Of a DNA stretch of 64,000 nt, positions 22,818-34,985 are shown piece after piece. The DNA comes from Felis catus. Taxonomy: Eukaryota. The DNA is taken from the NCBI RefSeq assembly GCF_018350175.1, contig NC_058368.1:78370001-78434000 (forward strand), given 5' to 3'. A program made the translations under genes and the position numbers. How positions within the stretch are numbered: position 1 is the first letter of the stretch; the number at the start of each line of letters is the position of its first letter. The notes beneath the pieces are model-generated. The model was not told the DNA's origin. It saw only the letters and a list, made by a program, of their open reading frames with translations, and did not search any database.

Positions 22818-24019
22818 GTAATGAGATGGCCCCCCCGTAACTTTTCTACTCACACCTCTAAGATTCTGTTCAAACTTCATCACGAATCAGCTGTTTTCCT
22901 CAACTTCTTAGAATCAGGTGTAAAGTAAGAAACTTAACCGTTATCAAAATGATTGGGTAATAAATATTTAGGCGAATGTAATAATCCAACAAGCCGACTT
23001 ATCTTAGAGACACTAACACTTAGAGATTTAAAATAATTAGCCTATGATCAAACAAAATGAGTACTAAGCCAAACTCAATTTTTTATTTTTTAGAAATCAT
23101 TTTGGCTTCTCTAATGACCTGAGATCTTCTTCACAAGTATTAATTCTCCTATTTGTTAGGTTTTAGAGACCTTAACAGGATGAAGATAGAACTGAACAGG
23201 TCATACATGTTTTATATTCATTAATTTATTAATAAATATATCGTATGTGCAAATAAACATAACACTTTTATGACAATCCAATGTGAGATGATTGCTTTCT
23301 ATTTTACGTATATTGGTTAAGAACATGCAACGTCCAGTTACTGTGTGGGCAGTGGGGCTTAGCGATGAATAAGATACATATGTTCCTCGCTTTCACGGAA
23401 TTTACCTTTTGATGACGGGAAAACAGGAAAAAGAAAAAGCAAATGAACAAGTAAAATGTAGAATGAAAAAATTAAGTGCGACGGAGAGAAATAAAGCAGG
23501 CGAGGGGCTGGGGAATGTCTGGGCGGTGAACCAGAACAGGGAGTTCATGAGTGTCAGAGGGTTAAGCTGGGGGTCAGGAATGGGGAAACAAGAAGAAGCC
23601 CAGAGAATGAATTTGGATTGGCCTTTGTAATGATTGCCAAGAGTGCTATCTTCCATCTGTGTTTTTCTTTGTGACTTTAATTATCCTGAATGTAACGCAG
23701 ATACTGAACTATTTGAAATTCTATTATTTATTGCTCTGCATTTTCCAAAGTCATATGGTTGCAACCTTTAATAGGCAGCAGACTGTTTACTAAGGATTAA
23801 ACTAAGGTCAGAAGAAGACCTTAGGACCAAAGATAAAATCTTTAACATATGACTTAGAAAAGGTTTGTTTCACACATTTGGCCCAAACAAAAATGCCGTG
23901 AATCACTCTAAAAGATGAGGCTGCTACTTGATCGTGAACATGACTTGCACAAAGTAGTATGCATGATCTCCACTGACTGAAGGGTGCTTGTGTGGGTGCT
24001 TCGCTCTTTGGACCCATGG

Positions 24020-24849
24020 GTCAGCCTTATGAGACCAGCAAGCCTTGAACAACATGTATTTGCTAGTGGGCATGGGCACTTAAGCACCATTGCTTTCCTG
24101 CATCCCATACATTTTTGTATGTTGTGTTTCCATTTTCCTTTCGTTCAGGATATTTTTTAATTTACCTTCTAAATATATATTTTTTTAAATATTTATTTTT
24201 TTTGAGAGAGAAACAAAGCATGAACAGGGGAGGGGCAGAGAGAGAGAGAGAGACACAGAACCTGAAGCAGGCTCCAGTCTCTGAGCTGTCAGCACAGAGG
24301 CTGACGCAGAGCTTGAACCCATAAGCCATGAGATCATAACCTGAGCCAAAGTTGGACACTCAACCTACTGAGCCACCCAGGTGCCCCTACCTTCTGATTT
24401 ATCTTTGACCCATTAGGTGTTCAGGAATGTATTGTTTAATTTCCACATGTTTGTGAATTTTCCAATTTTTCTCCTGTTACTGATTTCTAGTTTCATACCA
24501 TTGTGGTTGGAAAAGATGCTAGGTATGATTTCAGTCTTCTTAAATCTATTCAAATTTGTTTTGTGCCCTAACATTTTATTTATCTTTAAGAATTTTCTTT
24601 GTGCATCTAAGAAGAGTGCCTATTCTGTTACTGTAGAATGAAACATTCTGTGCATATCTGTTAAGTGCAACTGCTCTGTAGTGTTGTTCAAGCACACTAT
24701 TTCCTTATTATTTTCTTTTGGATGACCTATCCTTTATTGAATGTAGGGTATTGGATTTTCCTACTGTTATTGTATTGCTATCTATTTGTGTCTCCAAATC
24801 TGTTAGTATTTGTTTTATATGTTTAGGGGCTCCAATGTTGAGTGTATGT

Positions 24850-24901
<52 letters not shown>

Positions 24902-25600
24902 ACATAGTTGTTGTTTTATCCTCTTGATGAATCAATCCACTTGTCATCATGTAATGACCTTGTTCATCCCTTGTGACATGTTTTGACTTGTTGAAGTCTA
25001 TTTTGTCTAATATAAGAGTAGCCACTTCTTGTCTCTTTTGTTTACCATTGGAGGAAATATTGTCATCCTGCCCTTCACTATGTGTGTCCTTAAAGCTGAG
25101 TGACTTTCTTGTAGACAGCGTATGGTTGGATTTTGTTTTTCTTTCAAATCATTCAGCCACTCAATGCCTTTTGATTGGGGAATTTAATCCATTTACATTT
25201 AAAGTAATTATTGATAGTGAGGACTTATTATTTTCCTTTTGTTAATTGTTTTCTGGCTGTTTCATAGTTCCTTTGTCCCTTTCTTACTTTCTTGCTGTCT
25301 TTCTTTGCTGCTTATTTTGTGTACTGGTAGCTTTGATTCCTTTGTCTTTGTATTTTGAGTGTCTACTACAAGCTTTTTATTTGTGTTTACCATGAGGCTT
25401 ACATAAAACAGCTTAGTTACAGTAGTCTATTTTAAGCTGATAGTGACTTAACTTCAATTTCCTACAAAAACTACACTTTTACTTCTCCCTCCCCCATACT
25501 TTGTTACTGATATATGCCTGTTTACATCTTTCTATGTTGTGTATCTATTAACAAATTACTATAGTTATAATTCTTTTAATACTTTCATCTTTTAACTTTT
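24020..25600 (-). mobile_element. Old L1 ORF2 (endonuclease region) fragments with inserted SINE and (GT)n
   Basis: Minus-strand peptide ATLILDKIDF...RDEQGHYMM...NIGAPKHIKQILTDLETQIDSNTITVG resembles L1 endonuclease; boundaries approximate. Confidence 0.8.
24175..24387 (-). mobile_element. Can-SINE nested in old L1
   Basis: Antisense SINE; TACCTTCT repeated on both sides. Confidence 0.9.
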
Positions 25601-26379
25601 ATACTAGAGTTGAAAGTGATTTATAATTCACAATAGCCATTTCTTTCAGGTTTATGAAGATTTGTTTTATCCCTTTATTTATGTTGGGTTTTCTTGGTTC
25701 TTCATGTTCCTTGTAGAGTTGCTTTGTTGCCTCTGCATTTGAAGAAGCACTACCTCTCCTACTCCCCATGGACTGACTTTCCCTGGAAGACACTTCCATT
25801 GGTCAGCAGTGCTTGATATCAGCCACTCTAAGGCCAGACAGGAGCAAGGTCCCCTTTGCTTCCTCCTTTCCCTCTGGAGGAAAAGAATCTGTTCTCTGCT
25901 TCTCCTCAGTCATACAAAACAAAATAAAACAAAACAAAATGCTGGGTATAAGAGACTGTCCTGTCCTTTTCTTTGTTTCTAACTGTATCAAGCACCAAGC
26001 TCTTTTGGTTATTCCACACTAAGTACAGGGTGAGATGATGGAAGCCAGCTCCCTAGAAGGCACTCTGAGAGGCCATAGGGCACAGGTGCACCCTTCAATC
26101 TCACCCCCCATGGAGGACTCACAGGCTGAGGCAGCCTTCTTGGTGCTGAGCTACGCCTATTTGGGGGAGGGACTAAGGTGAATAAATTGAAACCGCTCCT
26201 CTTACCTATAAAAATGTGACTGCTTCTCAGTTTGTGCTCTACCTCTTAGCTGGATTCTGGGTTTCTTTTCAAGGTATCTCAGCACCAATATTATTGTTAA
26301 ATCAATGTTTCTGTGCAGGGATGATGTGTAAGGCTCCCTACACTGCCATCTTGCTGACATAATCCATCATTCAGAACAT

Positions 26380-26383
26380 TTGT

Positions 26384-26419
<36 letters not shown>

Positions 26420-26624
26420 ACGTTTATTCATTTTTGAGAGACAGAGAGAGACAGAGCGTGAGCAGGGGAGGGGAAAAAGAGAGAGGGAGACACAGGATCT
26501 GAAGCAGGCTCCAGGCTCCGAGCTGTCAGCACAGAGCCCGACGCGGGGCTTGAATCCACGAAGCGTGAGATCATGACCTGAGCCAAAGTTGGACGCTTAA
26601 CCGACTGAGCCACCCAGGCGCCCC
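26380..26624 (-). mobile_element. Can-SINE with (TTTA)n tail
   Basis: Antisense SINE ending ...gccacccaggcgcccc. Confidence 0.92.
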
Positions 26625-26846
26625 AATTCCATTCTTTTCTGTCAAGCCATCCTTCTCTTTACAAGCTTTCATTTGTTTGGGATTTTACAGATAAATATAT
26701 TCAATACCCACTGCAGGTGCTTGCTTGTACTGTGCTTTCCTCATTCATCTCTTACTTTCTGGAATCCCATTCTTGAGTAGTTTACCCAAAATGGGCTCAT
26801 GAGAAGAATGCTCACAAAGTTTTTGCACTGATAAAACTGTATCTTT

Positions 26847-27040
26847 GGGGGTGCCTGGGTGGCTCAGTAGGTGTGAGCGTACGACTTCAGCTCAGGTCAC
26901 GGTCTCATGGTTCATGAGTTCGAGCCCCGCATCAGGCTCGCTGCTGTCAGTGCAGAGCCTGCTTGGGATTCTCTGTCCCCCTCTCTCTGCCCCTCCTCTG
27001 CTCACTATCTCTCTTTCTCTCAAAAATAAACATTTAAACA
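26847..27040 (+). mobile_element. Can-SINE
   Basis: Head GGGGGTGCCTGGGTGGCTCAG, B-box, tail. Confidence 0.9.
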
Positions 27041-27268
27041 TTTATACATTAGGAACTGCTGTCTAGATACAAAATTCCCATTTCTTCTCTTGAGTTGTAG
27101 GAATTTCTCCACTGTCTTTGGGCATTAGATGCACATTAAAGAAAACTAAGGTAAGAGAAATTTTTCTTCTCATAAGTGGCTTGACTTTCTTGCCTGACTG
27201 TACAAAGAGTTATTTATTTACCTCAAAAAGGCAAAACTTATTTGGCTATATATGTCAGGGTTGACTAT

Positions 27269-27738
27269 TATGATAGGTAGAATAACAGCCCTCAAAGGCA
27301 TCTACAGCCTGATCCCTGAAACTTTTGTGAGCGTCTTACTTCATGTGGCAAAGGAGACTTTGCAGATGTGACTGAGATAAGAAATTTGAGGAAACTACCC
27401 TGGCGAGCCCAGTGTAATCACAAGGGTCCTCACAGAGGAAGCTGGTAGGGTCAGAGTCCAAGAAGGAGATGCGGTGATGAAAGGGAAGCTTGGAATGATA
27501 TGGTTGCTGCCTGGGAAAATAGAAGAGGCCACAAGGCAAGGCAAGTAGGTGGACTGGAGGAGCTAGGAGAGGCAATGGATGGGTTTTCCAGCTTCCAGAA
27601 GAAGCACTGTCTTGCCAACACCTTGAGTTTTGCCCAGCGAGACTTCTCATGTTTTGCACTGTGACATAATACATGTGTGTTGCTTTAAGCCACTGAGTTT
27701 GTGGTAATTTGTTACAGCAGCCACATGGAACTGGTGAA
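27269..27738 (+). mobile_element. MLT1-type ERVL-MaLR solo LTR
   Basis: Typical MLT1 motifs: ggcaaaggagactttgcagatgtga, cccagtgtaatcacaagggtcct, tttaagccactgagtttgtggtaatttgttacagcagc. Confidence 0.85.
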
Positions 27739-28539
27739 TTTTGGAATCAACCTTTCTGGGCCCAGGATGTGGTTTCTCAGTCTGTGGTTGTTTTGCTTGA
27801 CTTTTGTTGTTGCTGGTTTTTTCAGGGTTCCAGTTCTGTGTAGGATGGTAATTCTTTACCTGTCTTACATATTCTATAGCTCTACATTCTTTTCTCAAAT
27901 TCTAAACTCTTTATTTCCATCTTCTTTTGGGTAAAACCCACTTTCCATTCTGAAACTTTTTATTTTCATTTGAATGAGGATTTTTCCTCCTCGTCTTCCA
28001 AGTTCTTTTAACCCGCACTGAAATTTCCAGGATGGTAAGATTCTAGATTTCTGTGTACATGTGAGGGCTTCTTCACCTTTAGGGAGTTGACTTTTGCTGG
28101 CTCTTTATGAAGTTGGCCACTGCCGGGACCTGTCGCTATTTTCTCTGCCTCTTCTCTGCCCTTCCACACCCAGCCCCGTGTGAGCTCAGTGACTTTGTTA
28201 CCCTTTCAAGTTACTCTGGAAAACGTGCCATTTCTTTCTGTCCATTCCTTTCACATGACTTAACAGAGGTAAAGAAAGGGCAGATGTATTTTCCTCAATC
28301 ATGTTGATGGCGGAAGTCCCTTGTTTATTTCTGCTTTGCTACGTAATTGTTTCATAATTATTTCATAGAGGCGAGGATGAGATTTACTTTTAATCTCCCA
28401 GTAGAATTTAACACTTGATGACTGTTTCTTCTAGAAACACAGGCTTCCTGAAGTTTGTTTCTCTAACCATTCTCTTTTCGGCGTCTCCTTTTAAATCTCT
28501 TTGCAAATTACTCCTAAATGTGTCTCCTCCGTATTGATG

Positions 28540-29110
28540 TGTTTCAAGACCTCTGATGTAGTCCTGTTCTCTTTTGTTTTCACCTTGTTTCTGTGGTGTT
28601 CTTAAATACTGTGTTGTGTTGTCATATAACAGCCACATGCTGATGGTTTGGATGTAGATCTTTAGCTCGAGCCACCAAGCTCCAAGCCTGTACACGTCTC
28701 TTCCTTTACAACTTGGTGGCACCTCAGCCTCACTGTAGAACTTGTCCCCAGATCCCTTCCTGCAGTGTTCCTCTGTCATTTAGTGTGATGGCTGTGTCCT
28801 CGCTTCTTTAACCCAGAATGCTGGGTGTCATTCTTGACTGTTCTGCTAACACCTTACGTTAATCTCAAAACCCTATGAGTTCTTCCCCGTGAATCCAACC
28901 TGCATTAATCCATTTCGCTCATTCCCATCTCACCATCCTGGTACAGACCGCCATCATCTCCCACCTTGGCTGGTTCTTTGCCCCCATTTTTGTACCTTTT
29001 CTTGCCTGGAAGCCGCATCGTGATATTTCTAAAAGATGGAATAATCATTTCTCTCCACTGCTCACAGCCCTACAGGGGCCTCCAGTTGCCCTCCATACAG
29101 CTCTGCCCCT
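28540..29110 (-). mobile_element. Degenerate L2-like fragment
   Basis: L2-like pyrimidine-rich motifs (ctgggtgtcattcttgact, cccatctcaccatcctggtacagaccgccatcatctc). Confidence 0.5.
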
Positions 29111-29878
29111 CAGCCCTGCCCGGCTGCATTTGTTTTCTCCTGATTTCCCTTGCTCCACCTCAACTATGGAACCAAGCCTACGATAACTATGGATTTCCAG
29201 GCCACACTATACTTGCTTTATACAAAAAAATCACGATGTCTTGAATTGGTTTACTTTCTCTTTTTAAAAATGTGTTATCAATATTTTATCCCTTAAGACT
29301 ATTTCCGGCAGCTGTACGATAATAACATTTAAAAATCAAGAGAAGTCACCAATGTAGCAGCTCTGATCGACAGCTGCTGTCTGAGCATCTATTTCCAGCT
29401 GTTGAAGGAGGTAACACTGGGGGTACGAATGTTTGCAAGGAAACGTCCAATTGAGAAAATAGAATAAAAACCAAATATTAATGAAATATGTCTGATTCTT
29501 CTATAAAATGTTGTCAACCTAAAATTTATGTATTTGTTATATGTCAGAACAGGAAAGATCTACTCTTTTAAGAGCAAACACTTTCAAGTGCACGCGTAAA
29601 TTATTTTCACAAACCGATACTGGCATTCTTTTTATTGAATTTCGCAGGTCGTTGCACACATTAATTTTCTTAAGTTTTCAAAAACAGATCAGTACATCAA
29701 GTATGTACAGCTGAGTGGAGGTGGGAAGTTCAGCCTTTTTATACACCACAGCACATCTGTATTTTAGCTGTGGACTAGCAAAGATAAAATAAGCAGTAAT
29801 ACTCTTGGAGTGTACTTCCGAATTTTCAAATACTGACTATAAGTAGTAATGCATTCTGGTTTACAAAAGCATCCTACA

Positions 29879-30112
29879 GGGGCGCCTGGGTGGCTCAGTC
29901 GGTTAAGCGTCCGATTGCGGCTCAGGTCCTGATCTCGTGGTTCATGGGTTTGAGCCCTGCGTCCGGGCTCTGTGCTGACAGCTCAGAGCTTGGAGCCTGC
30001 CTTGGATTCTGTGTCTCCCTCACTCTCTGCTCCTCCCCCACTTGTGCTTTGTCTCTCTCGGTCTCTCAAAAATAAATAAATGTTAAAAAAAAAAAAACGA
30101 AAAAAAAAAAGA
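29879..30112 (+). mobile_element. Can-SINE
   Basis: Full SINE; TSD AAAAGCATCCTACA. Confidence 0.93.
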
Positions 30113-30146
30113 AAAGCATCCTACAGAATAGGCACTTCGTGTGTAT

Positions 30147-30409
30147 TTTTTCTTTTTTTTTTCTTTTTTTTAATTTTTTTTCTTTATTTTATTTTTTTTT
30201 TTTCAATGTTTTTTATTTATTTTTGGGACAGAGAGAGACAGAGTATGAACGGGGGAGGGGCAAAGAGAGAGGGAGACACAGAATCGGAAACAGGCTCCAG
30301 GCTCTGAGCCATCAGCCCAGAGCCTGACGCGGGGCTCGAACTCACAGACCGCGAGATCGTGACCTGGCTGAAGTCGGATGCTTAACCGACTGCGCCACCC
30401 AGGTGCCCC
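30147..30409 (-). mobile_element. Young felid Can-SINE
   Basis: Antisense full SINE with long T tail; TSD TCGTGTGTATTTTT. Confidence 0.93.
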
Positions 30410-33266
30410 TCGTGTGTATTTTTTCATTAGCATTTCTCTGTAGTCTAATTTGCATGTGAAAAATCTAAGCACGTTTTAAGATGTAGAAACACGTTACAAT
30501 ATTTATGCTTAAGTTTATAATTACTTTTAACTTACTGTTTCGTCTGTTTGCTTAAAGGATTCGACACTCATTCGGTAGCACGTATTCACTGAGTGCATAT
30601 ACTGTGCTGGGCTGTATTCTTGGCATTTGGCCTTAGGGAGTAGAATTCGTGTGCGCGCGTGTGCGTGTATGTGGGTATGTGTGCTGTGTGTGTGTGCAGT
30701 GGGGGAGAAATGCAGACAGTACATTAAAACAGGTAACCATGCACTGACTCTCTTTAATGAGAACATTCCCAGCAAGATAGGATGAAATGCCAAAAGAAAA
30801 TGCCGAGAGGACGTAAGAATATATACCTAGTAACTATTTGTTTTTCTTTCTTTGCTGACAATACAGCGGTGGAATTGGGTAAAAAGCACCTCACTGATTT
30901 TATAGATATAAGTATGGTGTAAAGAAATAGGAAATCAACCTACGACATTGAAAAAAAAACGTTTAGTAAGTAAACATCTCTAGCCAGTTTTAGAACTCTG
31001 TGTGTTACTTTAGTTCACGAGTGATGTCGTCGCATTTCACACGGTTTCAGTAACTAGCTCACAAAATGCTTTTAAAGTAAATAAACAAACATGTAAATAA
31101 CAGAATGCTTTTAAAAAACAATCGGATGCTTGCGGGTAGTTGCAGAGAACGCCCTGCCATTTTGAATTAGCTTATGTTTAAAGTTGAATTAGTTAATTCA
31201 GTAAATATTTGCTGCATGTCTGCTGGAGGCCAGGCATGGTGTCAGGCCCTGGGCAAATAGCAGAGAACCAAACATAAACAGTGTCTGAACCCAGAGAAGT
31301 CGGGATCCGAGATGTGTACTGTTTTGAAGGGAAAAGACGCCTTTCTTTGGTCAGAGCATCTCGTGGGTCTTGGAACCCACGAGAGCAGCCGCCTTCAGTA
31401 AGAACAACCAGGATGATTAATTCTTCCTCGTATTTTCAGCTCTCTGTCTTTGAAAGTGCCTTGGGTACATGATCTCATTTAAACAAATGTGAAACTACCT
31501 TATTGTCATCTCGTCACTGAAATGATGCAGTATCAAAACGGGACGATGAGTTTGTCTCTGTGACTTGTAACTGGGGAGATCTTTTATCCAGGGACTGTCA
31601 CCATCCAGAGTGGCACTGGTGGGTTTTACTGAAGTAAAGCTTCCTCACAGACCTTGGGAACAGCAAAGCGAGGTGGTGAGGGGGTCTGCCGGATACTGTG
31701 GGAGCATTGGCTCCCCTGGGGGACTGAGGCAGGTCCTGGGAATACACGAGAGGAGGGACAAGGGCACCTGTCTCTCCTCTCTGGCTCTCCCTCCCAGCAC
31801 CCGCCCTGCACCTGTGGGCATGTCAACTGGGAGAGCTGCCTTAGGGAACTGAACTCAGGTTCAAGGGGTAGTTTGCTTTGTGTGATCACCTCGGGTCCTT
31901 TCCTCCTCCAAACATTCAGAAAATGCGTAGTTTTCGATTTATATTTTTCCCTCAAGAATCCCATTTGGAAAAAGTTCAGATGTGACGGGTTGGCCTTCGG
32001 GGAGCTCGCTGAAGTGGGTGCACGCACTCAGCAGTTGTGTTTACGAATGTGAAAGCATTACCAGCTGCTGCGTCCTACCGTGCAGCCCCTTTCAGAAATC
32101 CCCAGGGAACATTTTCTTTAAACTCAGTCTAGGACAAGTTGTTTTTTTCTTGAGCTTCTGGCATATTGTCCCGTGGACTCTGAATTTGATTATTGTTTCC
32201 CTTTTTGCTACGACCGAGGTGAAGCTTGGGGACGCGTGTGGTCCAACATGACCAATCATATGGGAACACTTTTTATACTATTTTAGACCACCACGGTTTC
32301 ATTTTATTATTCTCTCTGTATGTTACCATTTCCCTCATCTTCTTTTCAATTATTTTACGCTATTTTGCTTCTACCCTCCCCACCCCCCAACCCCACAGTT
32401 CTTAATCTGGCCTCAGGGTTCGCCGTTTACTCCAATCTTTACATGACGGTGAGAAACCCCCGTGACTTCACACTGTGGATTCACAGGAGAGGAGCGTTTA
32501 TACCCTCCTCAAGGGCGTCTGTCCCGAAGCACCATGTTCTGGCACAGAGATCGGGTCCCCTCCTGCCGACCCATTTTCTGTAGCTGCTGGCTGCTGTCTG
32601 CACCCTTCCTGGGGTTCTTCCACACCGCAGCTCCCCTGTCACTCCCCAGGGAAGCCTGAGGGGTCCCGGAGGAGAATTCATGTGTTGAGCACAAACCACT
32701 TTACTTGAATATTACAGAGGGACATTGCCAAGTTCCTTGACCAGGTCCTAGGAAAGGCTATGTCTTGGCAACTTCCCACGCTCTCTGGAAGCTCTCTTCT
32801 GTTGCCCAGTGCGCTGGGGAGGGGGCTTCTCCCCTGATGCCCTTCCCTAAATTCTCCCCCTGCTAGCCCCCTCCTCTCTGGGAAGCAAGGAAAAAACCAG
32901 AAAACTTGTGTAAGTGTGTTATTCAGAGACAGTTGGTCCATTTTTTTTTTTCTTTCGCCTCCAACTCTGCCATGCAGACCGGGCTCCGTGATGAAAATTG
33001 CTGCAATACACAAGAACAAAAGAAAACGCAGAACATTCTTATGAAGTGTTTGCCCTCAGGTTCCTGTCTCCGATGGTTGTCCGGGTTAATGTGCCAAGCA
33101 CAGCTGAAAACCCAGCAGAGCGCCCTGATTTGTTTTCTTTTCCTCTTTTTTTTCTTTTTTTTTTTTTTCCTTGAAGATGAAATTCAGTTCTAAGTTTCAG
33201 ACTCGGTTTAGCAACTAAGTGGAGGTGAAAAACTGCTTTCCTCACAAGTTACTCTCTCCATCGTAG

Positions 33267-33379
33267 GAGCCTACACGTTCGTTCCGTGGCTGCTCAGCTT
33301 TAAAAGAGGAAGGGCCCTGGAAGAAAAGGAAAATAAAATCCTGGTGAAAGAAACCGGTTACTTCTTTATATACGGGCAG
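33267..33379 (+). CDS. TNFSF13B: BAFF coding exon 4
   Basis: Acceptor ctctccatcgtag|; (G)AYTFVPWLLSFKRGRALEEKENKILVKETGYFFIYGQ; donor CAG|GTAGGT; not in the ORF track, read directly. Confidence 0.97.
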
Positions 33380-33464
33380 GTAGGTTCAACGCCCCACCTG
33401 TGCCACCGCCCAGTGCCTCCTTTTTGTGCTCGCTTCTGACAGAGTTCTTTGGTTTGTTCCTCAG

Positions 33465-33615
33465 GTTTTATACACGGATAACACCTTTGCTATGGGACAC
33501 CTAATACAGAGGAAAAAAGTCCACGTCTTTGGGGACGAACTGAGTCTGGTGAATTTGTTCCGATGTATTCAAAATATGCCTGAAACACTACCCAATAATT
33601 CCTGTTATTCCGCTG
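33465..33615 (+). CDS. TNFSF13B: BAFF coding exon 5 (flap loop and both conserved Cys)
   Basis: Acceptor ttgttcctcag|; VLYTDNTFAMGHLIQRKKVHVFGDELSLVNLFRCIQNMPETLPNNSCYSA; donor CTG|GTAAAT. Confidence 0.97.
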
Positions 33616-33740
33616 GTAAATAACAGTTCTGTATAAATAGACAGAAAGACACGCCTTGATATGCTGTGCGTTTTTTCTCCTCTTGAATTGATGAGCTGGT
33701 TCCTTTTCATCGAAACAGAAAAAATCGTTACTAAGAGTTC

Positions 33741-33972
33741 TTTTTTTTTTTTTTTTTAATTTTTTTTTTCAACGTTTATTTATTTTTGGGACAGAGAGAG
33801 ACAGAGCATGAATGGGGGAGGGGCAGAGAGAGAGGGAGACACAGAATTGGAAACAGGCTCCAGGCTCTGAGCCATCAGCCCAGAGCCCAACGCGGGGCTC
33901 GAACTCACGGACCGCGAGATCGTGACCTGGCTGAAGTCGGACACTTAACCGACTGCGCCACCCAGGCGCCCC
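33741..33972 (-). mobile_element. Young felid Can-SINE
   Basis: Antisense near-copy of the 3223/18859/37741 elements. Confidence 0.94.
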
Positions 33973-34754
33973 ATATCCCGTTTCTACACATGGAGAGAGG
34001 GCACGAACTCAGAGCTGTCGACACTGAGAGCAATTCTAAACTGGGTTTTCTTCCGCAGGTAAAACTGTATAATACCGACAGCAGTGATAATAGAACGAGA
34101 ACGGTCACCACGCGCCCGGCGACCTTGTCTGTCCCTTACCTGTGCTCCTTCACAGGATCCGCCCTGTTCAAGGGAGGCGGAATCCAGACACAGGGAGGCA
34201 GCACAGGTGTCCTAGCTTGCAGAGTTTCTAAGTTCCAGAACTTGGCATAAACCACCCAGTGTGACCCCAGAGTGGGAGCCCCCAATGCTTTTCTTTTTTC
34301 TTTTTTTTTTCTTTTTTTAAGGGCTGCTAGAGAATGCCCTGGCCGGTTTGAGGGTCTGGTCAAGTTGCACAGTGGCTTTCTCTCAGCCTCATACAGGTGA
34401 CCTCTGGTGGAAAGGGACAGCAGACGGATGGCTTTGGGGTGTGAACATGTAGGCGCAAGGCTGCTGCAGCCCAGGGGCCCTGAAGATGCAGAGAGAAAAG
34501 AGGAAGGGTGGGATTTGTTCGTGTCAGGCCTTTGGGCTGTATTTGCCTACATAGTCTTTATTTCGTGGTGGGGGTGAATTCATCAAAGCTGGTGTTGGGC
34601 GGGTGGGGGGAGCCCATATTTGCCTTAAACACATTGATTCCTCCCTGGTGGTTTTGACAAATCCAATGGAGAACCCTGAGGAATGTCTTCAGTTCCAGAC
34701 TGTTCCCGTGAAAAGACAGAGTGAAACACAGGCCCGGGGACTGGCCACGCTATT

Positions 34755-34985
34755 TGTTTTTTTTTTTTTAATTTTTTTTTTTAACGTTTATTTATTTTTG
34801 AGACAGAGAGAGACAGAGTGTGAACAGGGGAGGGGCAGAGAGAGAGGGAGACACAGAATCTGAAACAGGCTCTAGGCTCTGAGCTGTCAGCACAGAGCCC
34901 GACACGGGGCTCGAACTCACGGACCGTGAGATCATGACCCGAGCCGAAGTCGGACGCTTAGCTGACCGAGCCACCCGGGCGCCCC
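34755..34985 (-). mobile_element. Can-SINE
   Basis: TSD TGGCCACGCTATTTG. Confidence 0.93.

Noticed and set aside
29290..29875. Possible ancient DNA transposon fragment
   Set aside because: Could not identify terminal inverted repeats or a family with confidence
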